DNA from: Stellaceae bacterium
GTDB lineage: Bacteria > Pseudomonadota > Alphaproteobacteria > ATCC43930 > CGMCC-115725
Direction: 5' to 3'
NCBI GenBank assembly: GCA_045802495.1
Contig: JBJMQW010000497.1
Location: forward strand, 1-58,901
Length of the DNA: 58,901 bases
This document shows positions 27,182 to 36,578 of the stretch, in pieces. Both the position numbers and the translations under genes were made by a program. The notes under the pieces are model-generated. The model was not told where the DNA came from. It saw only the letters and a list, made by a program, of their open reading frames with translations, and ran no database searches. Position 1 is the stretch's first letter; every line of letters starts with the position of its first letter.

Positions 27182-27826
27182 TCAGGCCGCCTGGGCGAAT
27201 GCGGTCTGCACCTCCTGCTCGTAAGCCAGCAATTTGCGCACGCTCGGCCGCTGCTGCATCCGCTCGAAATGCGCCATGCAGTTCTTGAATTGCGAGAGAT
27301 CGAGGTTGAACTGGGTGCCTCGCCGGAAGCACCAGAAGAAATGGGCATCGACTGCGGTGAAATGGTCGAAGAACCATTCGCGATCGGCGAGCTTGTCCTC
27401 GGCGATCTGGTAGTTCTCGAACAGCTGCTGGGCGGCGAGCCGCCGCACCGACTCTTCCGCGCCCGGCAGGTCGCAGACGCGTGGGGGTGAATTGATGCGG
27501 GACAGGAACGGGTGGATGCCGGAGGCGCACCAGGCCAACAACGAGATCGCGTGCAATTCCTGCATTGGATCCGCGGGAAGTAGCTTCGCCGCCGGGAAAT
27601 TCCGGGCGATCCAAATTTGGATGGCAACATTTTCGGTCAGCGGCTCGCCGTCAATCACCAGCACCGGCACCTTGTGCTTGGGATTGAGCTGCAAATACTC
27701 GTGCGACATGTGCTGCGATTTACGGAAATTCAGTGGGCGCACCTCGAAAGGCGCGCCGGCCTCGGTTAACGTCACATAGGGTACCAACGAACAGGCGTTG
27801 GGGGCGTAGTAAAGGATCAGCGGCAT
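27182..27826 (-). CDS. Glutathione S-transferase
   Basis: 214 aa. N-terminal thioredoxin-like region MPLILYYAPNACSLVPYVTL...KVPVLVIDGEPLTENVAI. Confidence 0.85.
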   Translation of the reverse strand: MPLILYYAPNACSLVPYVTLTEAGAPFEVRPLNFRKSQHMSHEYLQLNPKHKVPVLVIDGEPLTENVAIQIWIARNFPAAKLLPADPMQELHAISLLAWCASGIHPFLSRINSPPRVCDLPGAEESVRRLAAQQLFENYQIAEDKLADREWFFDHFTAVDAHFFWCFRRGTQFNLDLSQFKNCMAHFERMQQRPSVRKLLAYEQEVQTAFAQAA

Positions 27827-27884
27827 CCCAAATCTCCTAAGCGATCGGTCAAACGACCGCGGCTACGGTTAGGAACCATCCCTC

Positions 27885-28856
27885 TCACGGTCGGTCGAGG
27901 ACGCGGTTCAAGAACGCGTCCATCCTCTCTGTCGCCGATCTCGACAGATCGTTTGGGAACAGCGTAAAGCCGTGCGCGCCGCCCGGATAGATCGCCAGCT
28001 CCGCCTCGTTGCCCGCCGCGACCCAGCGCGCATGCATGAACAGCGTATCGTCCAGCAGCGCATCCTTTGTTCCGACGGTGAACAGCGCCGGACACAAATT
28101 CTTCAAATCCGCATATAAGGGCGAGATGTCGGGCACTTGCCGGTCCGTGACGGTCGGCAAGAACGCATTGTAGAATTGCTGCATGTCGATTGTCCGCAAT
28201 ACCAGCCGCGTATCGCCGAACTGACGCTGGCTCGGCGTCATGCTGAGATCGAACGCGCCATACACGATATTGGCGCCGCGAAACCCGGTATAGCCATGAC
28301 GATCGCGCATCCGCAGGATTGTTACCGCGGTCAGGTGTCCGCCTGCGGATTCACCGCCAATCGTCAGTGTGTCGGCGCCAAACTCTTTCTTGCCGTTCCG
28401 CACCAGCCAAACAGCGGCGGCTTCGCAATCGTCCGGGCCAGCCGGATAGGGGTGTTCCGGCGCCAGCCGATATTCGACGCCGACGACGGCTTGGCCCGTG
28501 TTGTCGGCGATCCGTTCCAGCATCGGGTCTTGCATGTCGGCGCCGCCGAGCACCCAGCCGCCCCCATGCAGGTGCAGGTAGATTCCGCGCGGCTGTGCCG
28601 GTGCGATCACCCGCAATGGGATCTCGTTGCCGTCCTTGCCGGTGATGGTAAAGGTTCGCGCCCGGCTCGACATCACCGGGGCGGGAAACGGCCCCTCGCC
28701 GCGCCGGCGGGCCGCGCGGGAGGCCTCGGCGCCGGTGATCCACCAATCGGGCTGCCCGGTCATCAGCGCGATCATCTCTGCGTTCAGCTTTGCGGTGTCG
28801 GGGGCGATCGCCGCATCCCTGAATAGAGCGGGATCGAACGGGCGTGTATCGGTCAT
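27885..28856 (-). CDS. Alpha/beta hydrolase fold-3 esterase/lipase (HSL family)
   Basis: Lies inside ORF 27885..29282. ATG 28856 is preceded by GAGGAG. Motifs [11 protein letters not shown] and GGESAGGHL. Confidence 0.8.
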   Translation of the reverse strand: MTDTRPFDPALFRDAAIAPDTAKLNAEMIALMTGQPDWWITGAEASRAARRRGEGPFPAPVMSSRARTFTITGKDGNEIPLRVIAPAQPRGIYLHLHGGGWVLGGADMQDPMLERIADNTGQAVVGVEYRLAPEHPYPAGPDDCEAAAVWLVRNGKKEFGADTLTIGGESAGGHLTAVTILRMRDRHGYTGFRGANIVYGAFDLSMTPSQRQFGDTRLVLRTIDMQQFYNAFLPTVTDRQVPDISPLYADLKNLCPALFTVGTKDALLDDTLFMHARWVAAGNEAELAIYPGGAHGFTLFPNDLSRSATERMDAFLNRVLDRP

Positions 28857-28950
28857 GGCATTCTCCTCAGCGCGCGAGGCCAGTACGATATCGAAAGCTG
28901 AACCGCCGGCCTCCGGCAGTTTTCGCATCCCTATTGGGAAGGAAGGATCG

Positions 28951-29697
28951 ATGCAACGGCTCGCAGGGAAAGTAGCCTTTATCACCGGCGCCGGCACCGG
29001 GATCGGCCGCGCTACCGCCATCCTGTTTGCGCGCGAGGGCGCCAAGGTGGCTATTGCCGAAATCGATGCCCGGGCCGGCGAGGAAACGGCGCATCTCGCA
29101 GGCAGCGAAGCGATCGCGATCCACGCCGACGTGACCGACTCGGACAGCCTCCAATCGGCAATCCGCGCGACCGTCGACAAGTTCGGCCGCCTCGACGTGC
29201 TCCACAACAATGCGGGCGGCTCGACCGCGCGGGACGACACCGCGGTCGACGCGCCGCTCGACGAATTCTGGCGGGCGATCAAGCTCGATCTCTACGGTAC
29301 GTTTCTCGGCTGCAAATTCGGCATTCCTGAACTGATCAGGGCGGGCGGCGGATCGGTCATCAATATGAGCTCGAACGTCGCGCTGATGGGGGTCCCCGGC
29401 CGCGATTGCTATACTGCGGCAAAGGGCGGCATCGCCGCGATCACCCGTTCGCTCGCTGTCGCTTATGCGCCCCGGAAAGTTCGCGTCAATGCGATCGCTC
29501 CCTCGGCGACGATGACCGAGCGGGTCAAGAAACTGGTGGCGGGCAATGCTGCCCTGACGCGCCTTGCCGACTCGCATCTGCTCGGCCTGATCGAGCCCGA
29601 CGACATCGCCCTGACAGCCCTCTATCTCGCGAGTGATGAATCCCGCATGGTGACCGGGCAGGTCCTGCCGGTCGACAGCGGGGTGACCATCTCGTGA
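28951..29697 (+). CDS. SDR-family oxidoreductase
   Basis: Lies inside ORF 28627..29697. ATG 28951 follows GGGAAGGAAGG. Motifs [15 protein letters not shown] and YTAAK. Confidence 0.85.
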   Translation: MQRLAGKVAFITGAGTGIGRATAILFAREGAKVAIAEIDARAGEETAHLAGSEAIAIHADVTDSDSLQSAIRATVDKFGRLDVLHNNAGGSTARDDTAVDAPLDEFWRAIKLDLYGTFLGCKFGIPELIRAGGGSVINMSSNVALMGVPGRDCYTAAKGGIAAITRSLAVAYAPRKVRVNAIAPSATMTERVKKLVAGNAALTRLADSHLLGLIEPDDIALTALYLASDESRMVTGQVLPVDSGVTIS

Positions 29698-29783
29698 TGA
29701 AGACGCGGGCCGACAGACGAGGCTTTGGCGGCGGGCCCGGCGCGGGTTACGCTGCCGCTCGAGATCAGCAGAAAGGGATGACC

Positions 29784-30077
29784 ATGGCCAAGGCGTATTG
29801 GGTGGCAACGTACCGATCGATTTCGGATCCGGAGGCACTGGCCGGTTACGCCAAGCTCGCCGGCCCGGCGATTGAGGCCGCCGGCGGGCGGTTTCTGGCG
29901 CGCGGAACGGCGGCCAAGGCCTATGAGGCCGGTGTCGTCCAGCGCGTCGTGATCATCGAATTCGACAGCGTCGCGAAGGCAACGGCCGCTCACGACAGTC
30001 CGGCATACCAGGAAGCGCTCAAGGTCCTCGGCAAAGGCGCCGATCGCGACTTGCGGATCGTCGAGGGCGTCGAGTAG
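29784..30077 (+). CDS. DUF1330 domain-containing protein
   Basis: MAKAYWVATYRSISDPEALAGYAKLAGPAIEAAGGRFLARG...VVIIEFDS is the typical ~97-aa DUF1330. Confidence 0.75.
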   Translation: MAKAYWVATYRSISDPEALAGYAKLAGPAIEAAGGRFLARGTAAKAYEAGVVQRVVIIEFDSVAKATAAHDSPAYQEALKVLGKGADRDLRIVEGVE

Positions 30078-30169
30078 CGCCCCCAACGATGCCGCCTTAG
30101 CTTCAACGCCTCCTCGCGCCGAACCATCCGCTCGGCTCGTATCCGCTATTCTTCCGGGAAAAGGCGCGA

Positions 30170-30714
30170 TCAGTGGCGGTCTCGATCGAGCCCATCCAAC
30201 AACGTGGTGGCGTCGTGAGCAATGGCTTGGCGAGGCGCAAGGGATGCCGCCCTGCGGAGCCACACCCGAGCACCGGTCTTCTCGCCTTGCGCGCCGGCGC
30301 TGCGTCCGGCGCGCAAAAAGAGATCGGCGGCAGCGGCTTTGTCGCCTGTGCGCTCGGCCGCCGCTCCTTCAATCGCCAAAGCGCGCGCAAGCCCCCGATA
30401 ATCGAGGGTTGTCTGGCGAGTTCCGCGGCGCGGGCAGCCTGCTGTCGGGCTTGTGCCGGATCGCCTAGCCACAGTGCGAGCCGCGCTGCGATCTCCGACG
30501 AATCGGCTTCAAACCGCGGTGTCTTCTCTCCGCTGAGGGCCTGTGCGGACCCGGCGAGCCCAACCTCGTCGCCCTTATCATCCGCGATCAGACCGCGCAG
30601 AAAGGCGGCCCCTGCTACGGCATCGGCATTGTCGCCACGTTGGACGAGTTGCGCTGTCCGATCGGCTTCAGCCGTCGCCCCGGTGCGATAGAGCGCGGTC
30701 GCCTCGGCCAGCAA
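30170..30714 (-). pseudogene. Ala-rich helical-repeat (TPR/Sel1-like) gene remnant, frameshifted, with no clear start
   Basis: Protein-like text is split between two frames. ORF 30103..30714 reads plausibly only to ~30430. ORF 30170..30472 reads plausibly from ~30440 (…LARALAIEGAAAERTGDKAAAADLFLRAG…). Confidence 0.3.
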
Positions 30715-30943
30715 TAAGGCGGGAAACGGCTTTGCACCGCGACGTTCGAGTTCGATGCGAGTCGCCCGCGCATCGTGCCCCCTACCCCGGGCTGACGTCT
30801 CGGATCGATGCTCCCGGCATCCATGTTGACCGAACCGGCTCGATCAGGATGAATGCAAATATGCGGGAGAGATCACATTCCGGGCGCGGCATTTCATGCG
30901 CCGCACTTCACTCGGTTGCGCCCGACAATCATCCAGGAGACCC

Positions 30944-32197
30944 ATGATGCCGCGTTTGAAATTCGGCGCCTTCCTTGCCCCGCACCATCCGGTCGGCGAG
31001 CACCCAATGCTGCAATTCCGTCGCGATCTCGACCTCGTCGAGCAACTCGACCATCTCGGCTATGATGAATTCTGGTGCGGCGAGCACCATTCGAGCGGCT
31101 GGGAGATGATCGGTTCGCCCGAGATGTTCCTCGCCGCCGCGGGCGAGCGGTCAAAGCGCATCAAGCTCGCCACCGGGGTCATCTCGCTGCCCTATCACCA
31201 CCCGTTCAACGTCGCGCAGCGCATGGTGCAGCTCGACTGGATGACCCGTGGGCGGGCGATCTTCGGCTCGGGCCCGGGCGCCCTCGCCTCCGACGCCCAC
31301 ACGCTCGGGATCGACCCGATGGTCCAGCGCGACCGCCAGGACGAGGCGATCGGCATCATTCGCCGGCTGTTCAATGGCGAGCGCGTCACTGCAAAAAGCG
31401 ACTGGTTCACGCTGCAGGACGCAGCCTTGCAGTTGCTGCCTCTGCAAGAGGAGATGCCGTTCGCCACTGCCTCGCAGATCAGCCCGTCGGGCATGACATT
31501 GGCCGGCAAACACGGGATCGGCGTCATTTCGATCGGCTCGATGGCGGAAGAAGGTCTCAACGCGCTGCCGACGCAATGGGGTTTTGCCGAAGCCGCCGCC
31601 AAGAAGCACGGACAAACCGTCAACCGCAAGGATTGGCGCGTGCTGCTCTCGTGGCACATCGCCGAGACCCGCGAGAAGGCGATCGCCGAGGCCCGCGAAG
31701 GCCTGCTGCGCCACCACAACCAGTACATCGTCGGCACCTTGCAGCGGCCGGGCGCAACCGCGTTCAAGGATTCGGACGAGGCGATCGAAAAGACCGCATT
31801 CGGCGCCGGCGCCGCGGCGACAATCGGCACCCCCGACGATTTGGTTGCGCGGCTCAAGCAAGTGCTCGAGATGAGTGGCGGCTTTGGCACCGTCGTCGGC
31901 TTTGTGCACGACTGGGCCAACCCGGAAAACACGACGCGCAGCTGGGACATGGTCGCGCGCTATGTCGTCCCGCAAATCAACGGCTATCTTGCCGGCTTGC
32001 AGCAATCTCAGCATTTCGTCGCCACCAACCGCGGCGTTTTTGACCGTGCGAAAGAAGCGATCATGGCCAAGATCAACGAAAACGAGGCCGCTGTCGCCGC
32101 CCTGTCGGTGACAAGGGGGTCGCGCCTGGGCGATGTGGCCTCGGCCAGCAATATCCCCGATCTCGACAAGGCCCGCACCCAGGCCGGACGGCGGTGA
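30944..32197 (+). CDS. LLM-class flavin-dependent monooxygenase (limonene-monooxygenase-like subgroup)
   Basis: ATG 30944 follows CAGGAGA. Motif MMPRLKFGAFLAPHH...GYDEFWCGEHHSSGWE. 417 aa. Confidence 0.8.
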   Translation: MMPRLKFGAFLAPHHPVGEHPMLQFRRDLDLVEQLDHLGYDEFWCGEHHSSGWEMIGSPEMFLAAAGERSKRIKLATGVISLPYHHPFNVAQRMVQLDWMTRGRAIFGSGPGALASDAHTLGIDPMVQRDRQDEAIGIIRRLFNGERVTAKSDWFTLQDAALQLLPLQEEMPFATASQISPSGMTLAGKHGIGVISIGSMAEEGLNALPTQWGFAEAAAKKHGQTVNRKDWRVLLSWHIAETREKAIAEAREGLLRHHNQYIVGTLQRPGATAFKDSDEAIEKTAFGAGAAATIGTPDDLVARLKQVLEMSGGFGTVVGFVHDWANPENTTRSWDMVARYVVPQINGYLAGLQQSQHFVATNRGVFDRAKEAIMAKINENEAAVAALSVTRGSRLGDVASASNIPDLDKARTQAGRR

Positions 32198-32218
32198 GCG
32201 GGGGGTCAGGAGAACAGC

Positions 32219-33154
32219 ATGGCGCTGCTCATCATCGAACTCGACAAGCGTATCGGTAGCGCGGCGGCGTGGCGCGACATCTTTTCGGAACAGCTTCCGG
32301 ATCTGGAGGTGCGATTTTGGCCGGAACCGGGAGAACCGGCGGATATCGAGTACCTCGCCTTCATGCATCCGGATTTCGACGCGTTGCCCGTTTTCCCGAA
32401 CCTGAAGGCGATGTTCAGCCGCTCCGCCGGGGTCGAGGCGTTTGTCAACCATCCCAAGCTGCCGAGGGTTCCGCTCGGCAAGATGGAGCCGCCCGGCGGC
32501 GACCCGATGATGACCGAATATGTCGTCATGCACGTATTGCGCTTTCATCGTGACATGCCCGCCTATCAGGCGGCCCAGGCCAATCGGGAGTGGCTGAGAA
32601 AAAGGATTGTGCGGCCCGAGGAACGGCGCGTCGGGTTTCTCGGCTATGGCATGATGGCGAAGGCGCCAGCGCTGGTGTTGAAGTCGCTAGGCTTTCCGGT
32701 CTCGGCCTGGGTTCGGTCTCCGCGAAAAAAGGAGGAGGTGCCGATCTTTCACGGCCGCGAGCGACTCGAGCCGTTTCTCAATCAGACCGACATCGCCGTC
32801 TGCCTGTTGCCGCTGACACAGGAAACCGAAGGCATCTTTTGCGCCCGCACTTTTGCGATGATGCCGAAAGGGGCGATGCTGGTGAATGTCGGGCGCGGCA
32901 AGCATGTTGTCGACGCGGATCTGATCAAGGCGCTCGATTCGGGACAGTTGTCCTACGCTGCGTTGGACGCGCTGTGGCCCGAGCCGCTGCCCGCCGAGAG
33001 CCCGCTTTGGCTGCACCCCAAAGTCACCGTGATGCCGCACGTGGCACGGCGGCCGACCGTTCGTCAGCTCGTGACCGAGATTGCCGCCAATATCCGAAGC
33101 CTCAGGGCCGGCGGCCGGCTGTTCCAGGAAATCGACAAGGCAATGGGGTACTAA
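32219..33154 (+). CDS. D-2-hydroxyacid dehydrogenase (GhrA-like glyoxylate/hydroxypyruvate reductase)
   Basis: Motifs VGFLGYGMMAKA (GxGxxG), NVGRGKHVVDADL and the MPHVA catalytic His region. Confidence 0.8.
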   Translation: MALLIIELDKRIGSAAAWRDIFSEQLPDLEVRFWPEPGEPADIEYLAFMHPDFDALPVFPNLKAMFSRSAGVEAFVNHPKLPRVPLGKMEPPGGDPMMTEYVVMHVLRFHRDMPAYQAAQANREWLRKRIVRPEERRVGFLGYGMMAKAPALVLKSLGFPVSAWVRSPRKKEEVPIFHGRERLEPFLNQTDIAVCLLPLTQETEGIFCARTFAMMPKGAMLVNVGRGKHVVDADLIKALDSGQLSYAALDALWPEPLPAESPLWLHPKVTVMPHVARRPTVRQLVTEIAANIRSLRAGGRLFQEIDKAMGY

Positions 33155-33375
33155 CTTCTAAATATTTTCTAAATTTGACCCTTGCGGTCGCTGAGACCCA
33201 TAGTGCGGGCTCATCGGGCGGCCCTATATTTCAGTAAATAAATAGCTCTTTGTGGCCTTGGTGCCGCTTGCTCAAACGGAATAACAGGATCGGTCCAGTC
33301 GCTGCCGAAGGCTATTTCGTCGTCCGTGAAGAACCTGCGGACGGCTGACGAGCGTCAACTGCCGGGTAGTGCTCG

Positions 33376-33393
33376 GCTTTTCCCGCGAAAAGC
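33376..33393. terminator. Hairpin GCTTTTC-ccgc-GAAAAGC just after the last gene of the glycan locus
   Basis: 7-bp perfect stem, 11 nt downstream of the stop of the gene ending at 33404. There is no clear U-tract. Confidence 0.35.
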
Positions 33394-33403
33394 TAAGGCT
33401 ATT

Positions 33404-35344
33404 CTAGGCCGCCGGACGCAAGACCGCTGCTTCAGCCGGACCATCGATCCACATTCGAAACCACAGCTCCAGCATCAATAAGGACCACAGCCTCGGGTGA
33501 TGGTCGCGGGCGAAACTGCAATGCTCGGCGAGCAGTCGGCGAATGTATTCCGGGCGGAACAGGCCACGCTCGCGCGCAGTGCGGTCGAGCAGAGTATCGT
33601 GGGCCAGCTCCTTGAGCTCGTTGCGCAGCCATTGATCGACTGGGCAGCTGAACCCCATTTTTCGCCGATAGAGCAGCTCGGCGGGAAGATACGGCTTCAT
33701 TGCCGATTTAAACAGCGACTTGGTCATGCCGCCCGCCATCTTTACCCGGTCGGGAAGACCGACCGCCCATTCCATCAATTCATGGTCGAGCAACGGCGAG
33801 CGGGCTTCGAGGCCATGAGCCATGCTGGCGACGTCGACCTTTACCATCAGGTCATCCGGCAGGTAGGTGTGGATGTCGGCCCAATTGGCCGCGGCGACCA
33901 GCCCCTCGGCTTTGGCGAAATACGGGTCGAGGAGATCGAATGCCGATTGCTCGAGCTGGTCGCGCATCGCACCGCCATAGCAATCCTTCCTGTCCGCATC
34001 GGTGAAGGTCACGAGAGTTGGGGCGTAGCGCCGGGCCGGCTGCTCCCGGGGGGCTCGCAGCACCTCACGGATCCGGGAAATCTTGCACCTCCGTTCCAGT
34101 GATCGGGGCGCCAGAAACAGCAGCTTCTCGAGATGCGTCCGACCCCAACCCGGCATTTTGTCGAGCGCGGCGATGTGGTGCATCGCCCTATATCGCCCGT
34201 AGCCGAGAAAGCATTCATCCCCGCCGTCGCCGTTGAGCGCGACCGTGACCCGGCGCCGCGCCAGTTCCGACACGTAATAGGTCGGGATTGCCGACGGATC
34301 GGCGAACGGCTCGCCATAATGCCATACCAGCCTAGGCAGCACCGACACGGCGTCGGGCTCCACGACCAGCTCCTCGTGATCAGTTGCGTAGCGATCCGCA
34401 ACCATCCGGGCGTAGCGCCGTTCATCGTATTTCTTTGCTGCAAAGCCGATCGAGAAGGTCTTGACCCTCCCGCCACCGGCGCGCGCCATCATTGCGACGA
34501 CAGAGGAAGAATCCACGCCGCCCGACAAAAAGGCGCCGAGCGGCACGTCTGAGACAAGTCTCAGACGCACTGCCTCTTCGAGCCGGTCGACAAGCTCGCG
34601 GCGCAGCTCTTCGATGGCCGGACGTCTTTGCGCCGAGTGCGGCTCCGGCAGGCGCCAATATTGGACGAACTCCGGGTTGCCAAGGCTGCCGTCCGAGCAG
34701 GCGTTGGCCACCAGGTAATGAGCGGCCGGCAGTTTCCGGATCCCGGTAAAGGCGGTATCCGGGGCCGGCACATAGGACAAGGCGAGATAGCGGTCGATTG
34801 CCGACAAGTCGGGCTGGCGCGAGAAACCCGGCCAGACCAACAGTGCCTTGATCTCGGAGCCGAAGAGAAACGCGTCGGGTGTGGCTGCGTAGTAGAGCGG
34901 CTTCTTGCCGAGCCGGTCGCGAGCGAGGATTAGCCGCCGCGATCGCTGGTCCCAAACAGCCAGCGCAAACATCCCGCGCAGCCGAGAAAAGATCTTGGGG
35001 CCCCAGGCATGCCAGCCGTTGACGATGACCTCGGTGTCGCTGCGGCTGCGGAAAGAATAGCCGAGGGCACCGAGCTCCCGCCGAATCTCCGCGAAATTGT
35101 AGATTTCGCCATTGTAGCTTATCCAAACCGTCCCGTCCGCGCTTGCCATCGGCTGATGGCCGGCGGGCGTCGGGTCGATGATCGACAAACGGGCGTGGGC
35201 GAGCCCGGCCTGGCCGTCGGTCCAAACGCCTTCATCGTCCGGTCCTCGATGCCGCACCGTCGCAATCATCCGCCACAACTGCGCCTCGATTTCGCCCCTC
35301 GGCCTCGGCGCGCCGGCCGTCAGAAAACCCGCAATGCCGCACAT
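33404..35344 (-). CDS. Asparagine synthase-family glutamine amidotransferase (AsnB-like) 1
   Basis: Lies inside ORF 33404..35401; ATG 35344. N-terminal MCGIAG (Cys1 Ntn amidotransferase) and PP-loop SGGVDSS. Confidence 0.9.
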   Translation of the reverse strand: MCGIAGFLTAGAPRPRGEIEAQLWRMIATVRHRGPDDEGVWTDGQAGLAHARLSIIDPTPAGHQPMASADGTVWISYNGEIYNFAEIRRELGALGYSFRSRSDTEVIVNGWHAWGPKIFSRLRGMFALAVWDQRSRRLILARDRLGKKPLYYAATPDAFLFGSEIKALLVWPGFSRQPDLSAIDRYLALSYVPAPDTAFTGIRKLPAAHYLVANACSDGSLGNPEFVQYWRLPEPHSAQRRPAIEELRRELVDRLEEAVRLRLVSDVPLGAFLSGGVDSSSVVAMMARAGGGRVKTFSIGFAAKKYDERRYARMVADRYATDHEELVVEPDAVSVLPRLVWHYGEPFADPSAIPTYYVSELARRRVTVALNGDGGDECFLGYGRYRAMHHIAALDKMPGWGRTHLEKLLFLAPRSLERRCKISRIREVLRAPREQPARRYAPTLVTFTDADRKDCYGGAMRDQLEQSAFDLLDPYFAKAEGLVAAANWADIHTYLPDDLMVKVDVASMAHGLEARSPLLDHELMEWAVGLPDRVKMAGGMTKSLFKSAMKPYLPAELLYRRKMGFSCPVDQWLRNELKELAHDTLLDRTARERGLFRPEYIRRLLAEHCSFARDHHPRLWSLLMLELWFRMWIDGPAEAAVLRPAA

Positions 35345-35366
35345 CACGAGTTTCGGAAAGATGAGG

Positions 35367-36578
35367 TCACGCCGCAGAAACCATGCTGTGAAGGGCGGCA
35401 AGCCGATGGCGATAGGTGTGGCCGTCGTGCACCATGGTGTAAGCCGCCTCGGCCACCCGCGAGCGCTCCGCCGCTTCGCGAAAGCGTTCGATCACCTCTC
35501 TCAGATTCCCGAGATCGGGATCGAGCGCGATATAGTGCCGGTCGGCTTGCATGATATCGTTATACCGGCCACGAAGCAGGATCTGGCAGGTTCCGGTCCC
35601 CGCCGCGTCGAAATGGCGCGACGAAATGCATTTGGAGTAGGCCGGACAGCGCGGCCGGCCGGCGAAAAACCGCGCCCAGATCTCCTCGAAGCTGACAACG
35701 TCCTGGTTGATCGCCTCATGCCGCAGCGGCGATCTCTTGAGCAAATGCTTCAGCGCTTCCTTCAGATGAAAGGGCAGGCGTCGGCTCGCCGTGTGGAGCA
35801 AGCCGTCGGCACGCAGGGTCCCGCGGCCGGCCTTCCCGGCGATATATTCGCGGATCTCCCGAGCGGTCCGATCGTCCCGCTCAAGATACCACGAGCCGGC
35901 CTCGTTGCCGATCGTGCCGCGGCAATCGTTGAGAAACGCCGCCCATCGCGGCCTGTCGAGCCGGCCCATCGTATCGATGTCAACGCGCAGGCCGGCCTTC
36001 GGTCCGACTTCCGCAAAGGTATCGTAGACGCGGTTGCGCTCGTCATCGCCCAGGAAAACCGGATATCGGGCGCTCCGTCCGCCGATGTCGGTGGCGCGCG
36101 CGGTGTCGGGCTTGTCGCGCCGGAATACCCGTTCGTTCAACGCATGCGGCAGAGGAAGGACAGTCGCCCCGATATCGCCGTAGAGCCAGCGTCCAGCCTC
36201 GACCGGCAGCTGGGTCCCAATAAAATCGGCGCGGACCTGCCGCAGGAATGCACGCTTTTCGGCGAGCCCGGCCCAAGGCAGGTTGTACTCGTTGCCGACC
36301 AGCATCAAGAACTTGCCGCGCCGTGAATTGAGCGCGCCGCTCAGAGGTTTGATATAGTCGAGCGTGTCGGCCGAACAGGCGTGCAGCGCGACAATCAGCT
36401 CCGCCTTTTCGATAGCCCCCGCGGCTGCCCTGCGCTCGGATCGCTTAAAGACGTTGAACGACCTTGCCTCGAACTGCGAGGCAAAGCGGAAAGCATCCAG
36501 CCAATCGATGTAATAGGAGGATCGCGTGCTGTACTGGACCGTCAAGACGACGGTCTGGATGCGGCTTTCGCGCAGCAT
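35367..36578 (-). CDS. CgeB-family / Glyco_trans_1_2-like putative glycosyltransferase
   Basis: Lies inside ORF 35367..36740. Best start is ATG 36578 (MLRESRIQTVVL), but it has no SD and overlaps the wecB 3' end by 37 nt. The C-terminal ISSRHFDAAGTGTCQILLRGRYNDIM...HTYRHR pattern is shared with the ORF at 47503..48984. Confidence 0.6.
   Translation of the reverse strand: MLRESRIQTVVLTVQYSTRSSYYIDWLDAFRFASQFEARSFNVFKRSERRAAAGAIEKAELIVALHACSADTLDYIKPLSGALNSRRGKFLMLVGNEYNLPWAGLAEKRAFLRQVRADFIGTQLPVEAGRWLYGDIGATVLPLPHALNERVFRRDKPDTARATDIGGRSARYPVFLGDDERNRVYDTFAEVGPKAGLRVDIDTMGRLDRPRWAAFLNDCRGTIGNEAGSWYLERDDRTAREIREYIAGKAGRGTLRADGLLHTASRRLPFHLKEALKHLLKRSPLRHEAINQDVVSFEEIWARFFAGRPRCPAYSKCISSRHFDAAGTGTCQILLRGRYNDIMQADRHYIALDPDLGNLREVIERFREAAERSRVAEAAYTMVHDGHTYRHRLAALHSMVSAA

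Noticed and set aside
24823-27630. 935-aa minus-strand ORF, the longest in the window
   Set aside because: It lies antisense to four well-supported plus-strand genes (SDR, Rieske alpha, Rieske beta, and the GST region in another frame). Its composition is Arg/Ala/Gly/Pro-rich noise with no motifs. This is the typical stop-poor antisense frame of high-G+C coding DNA.
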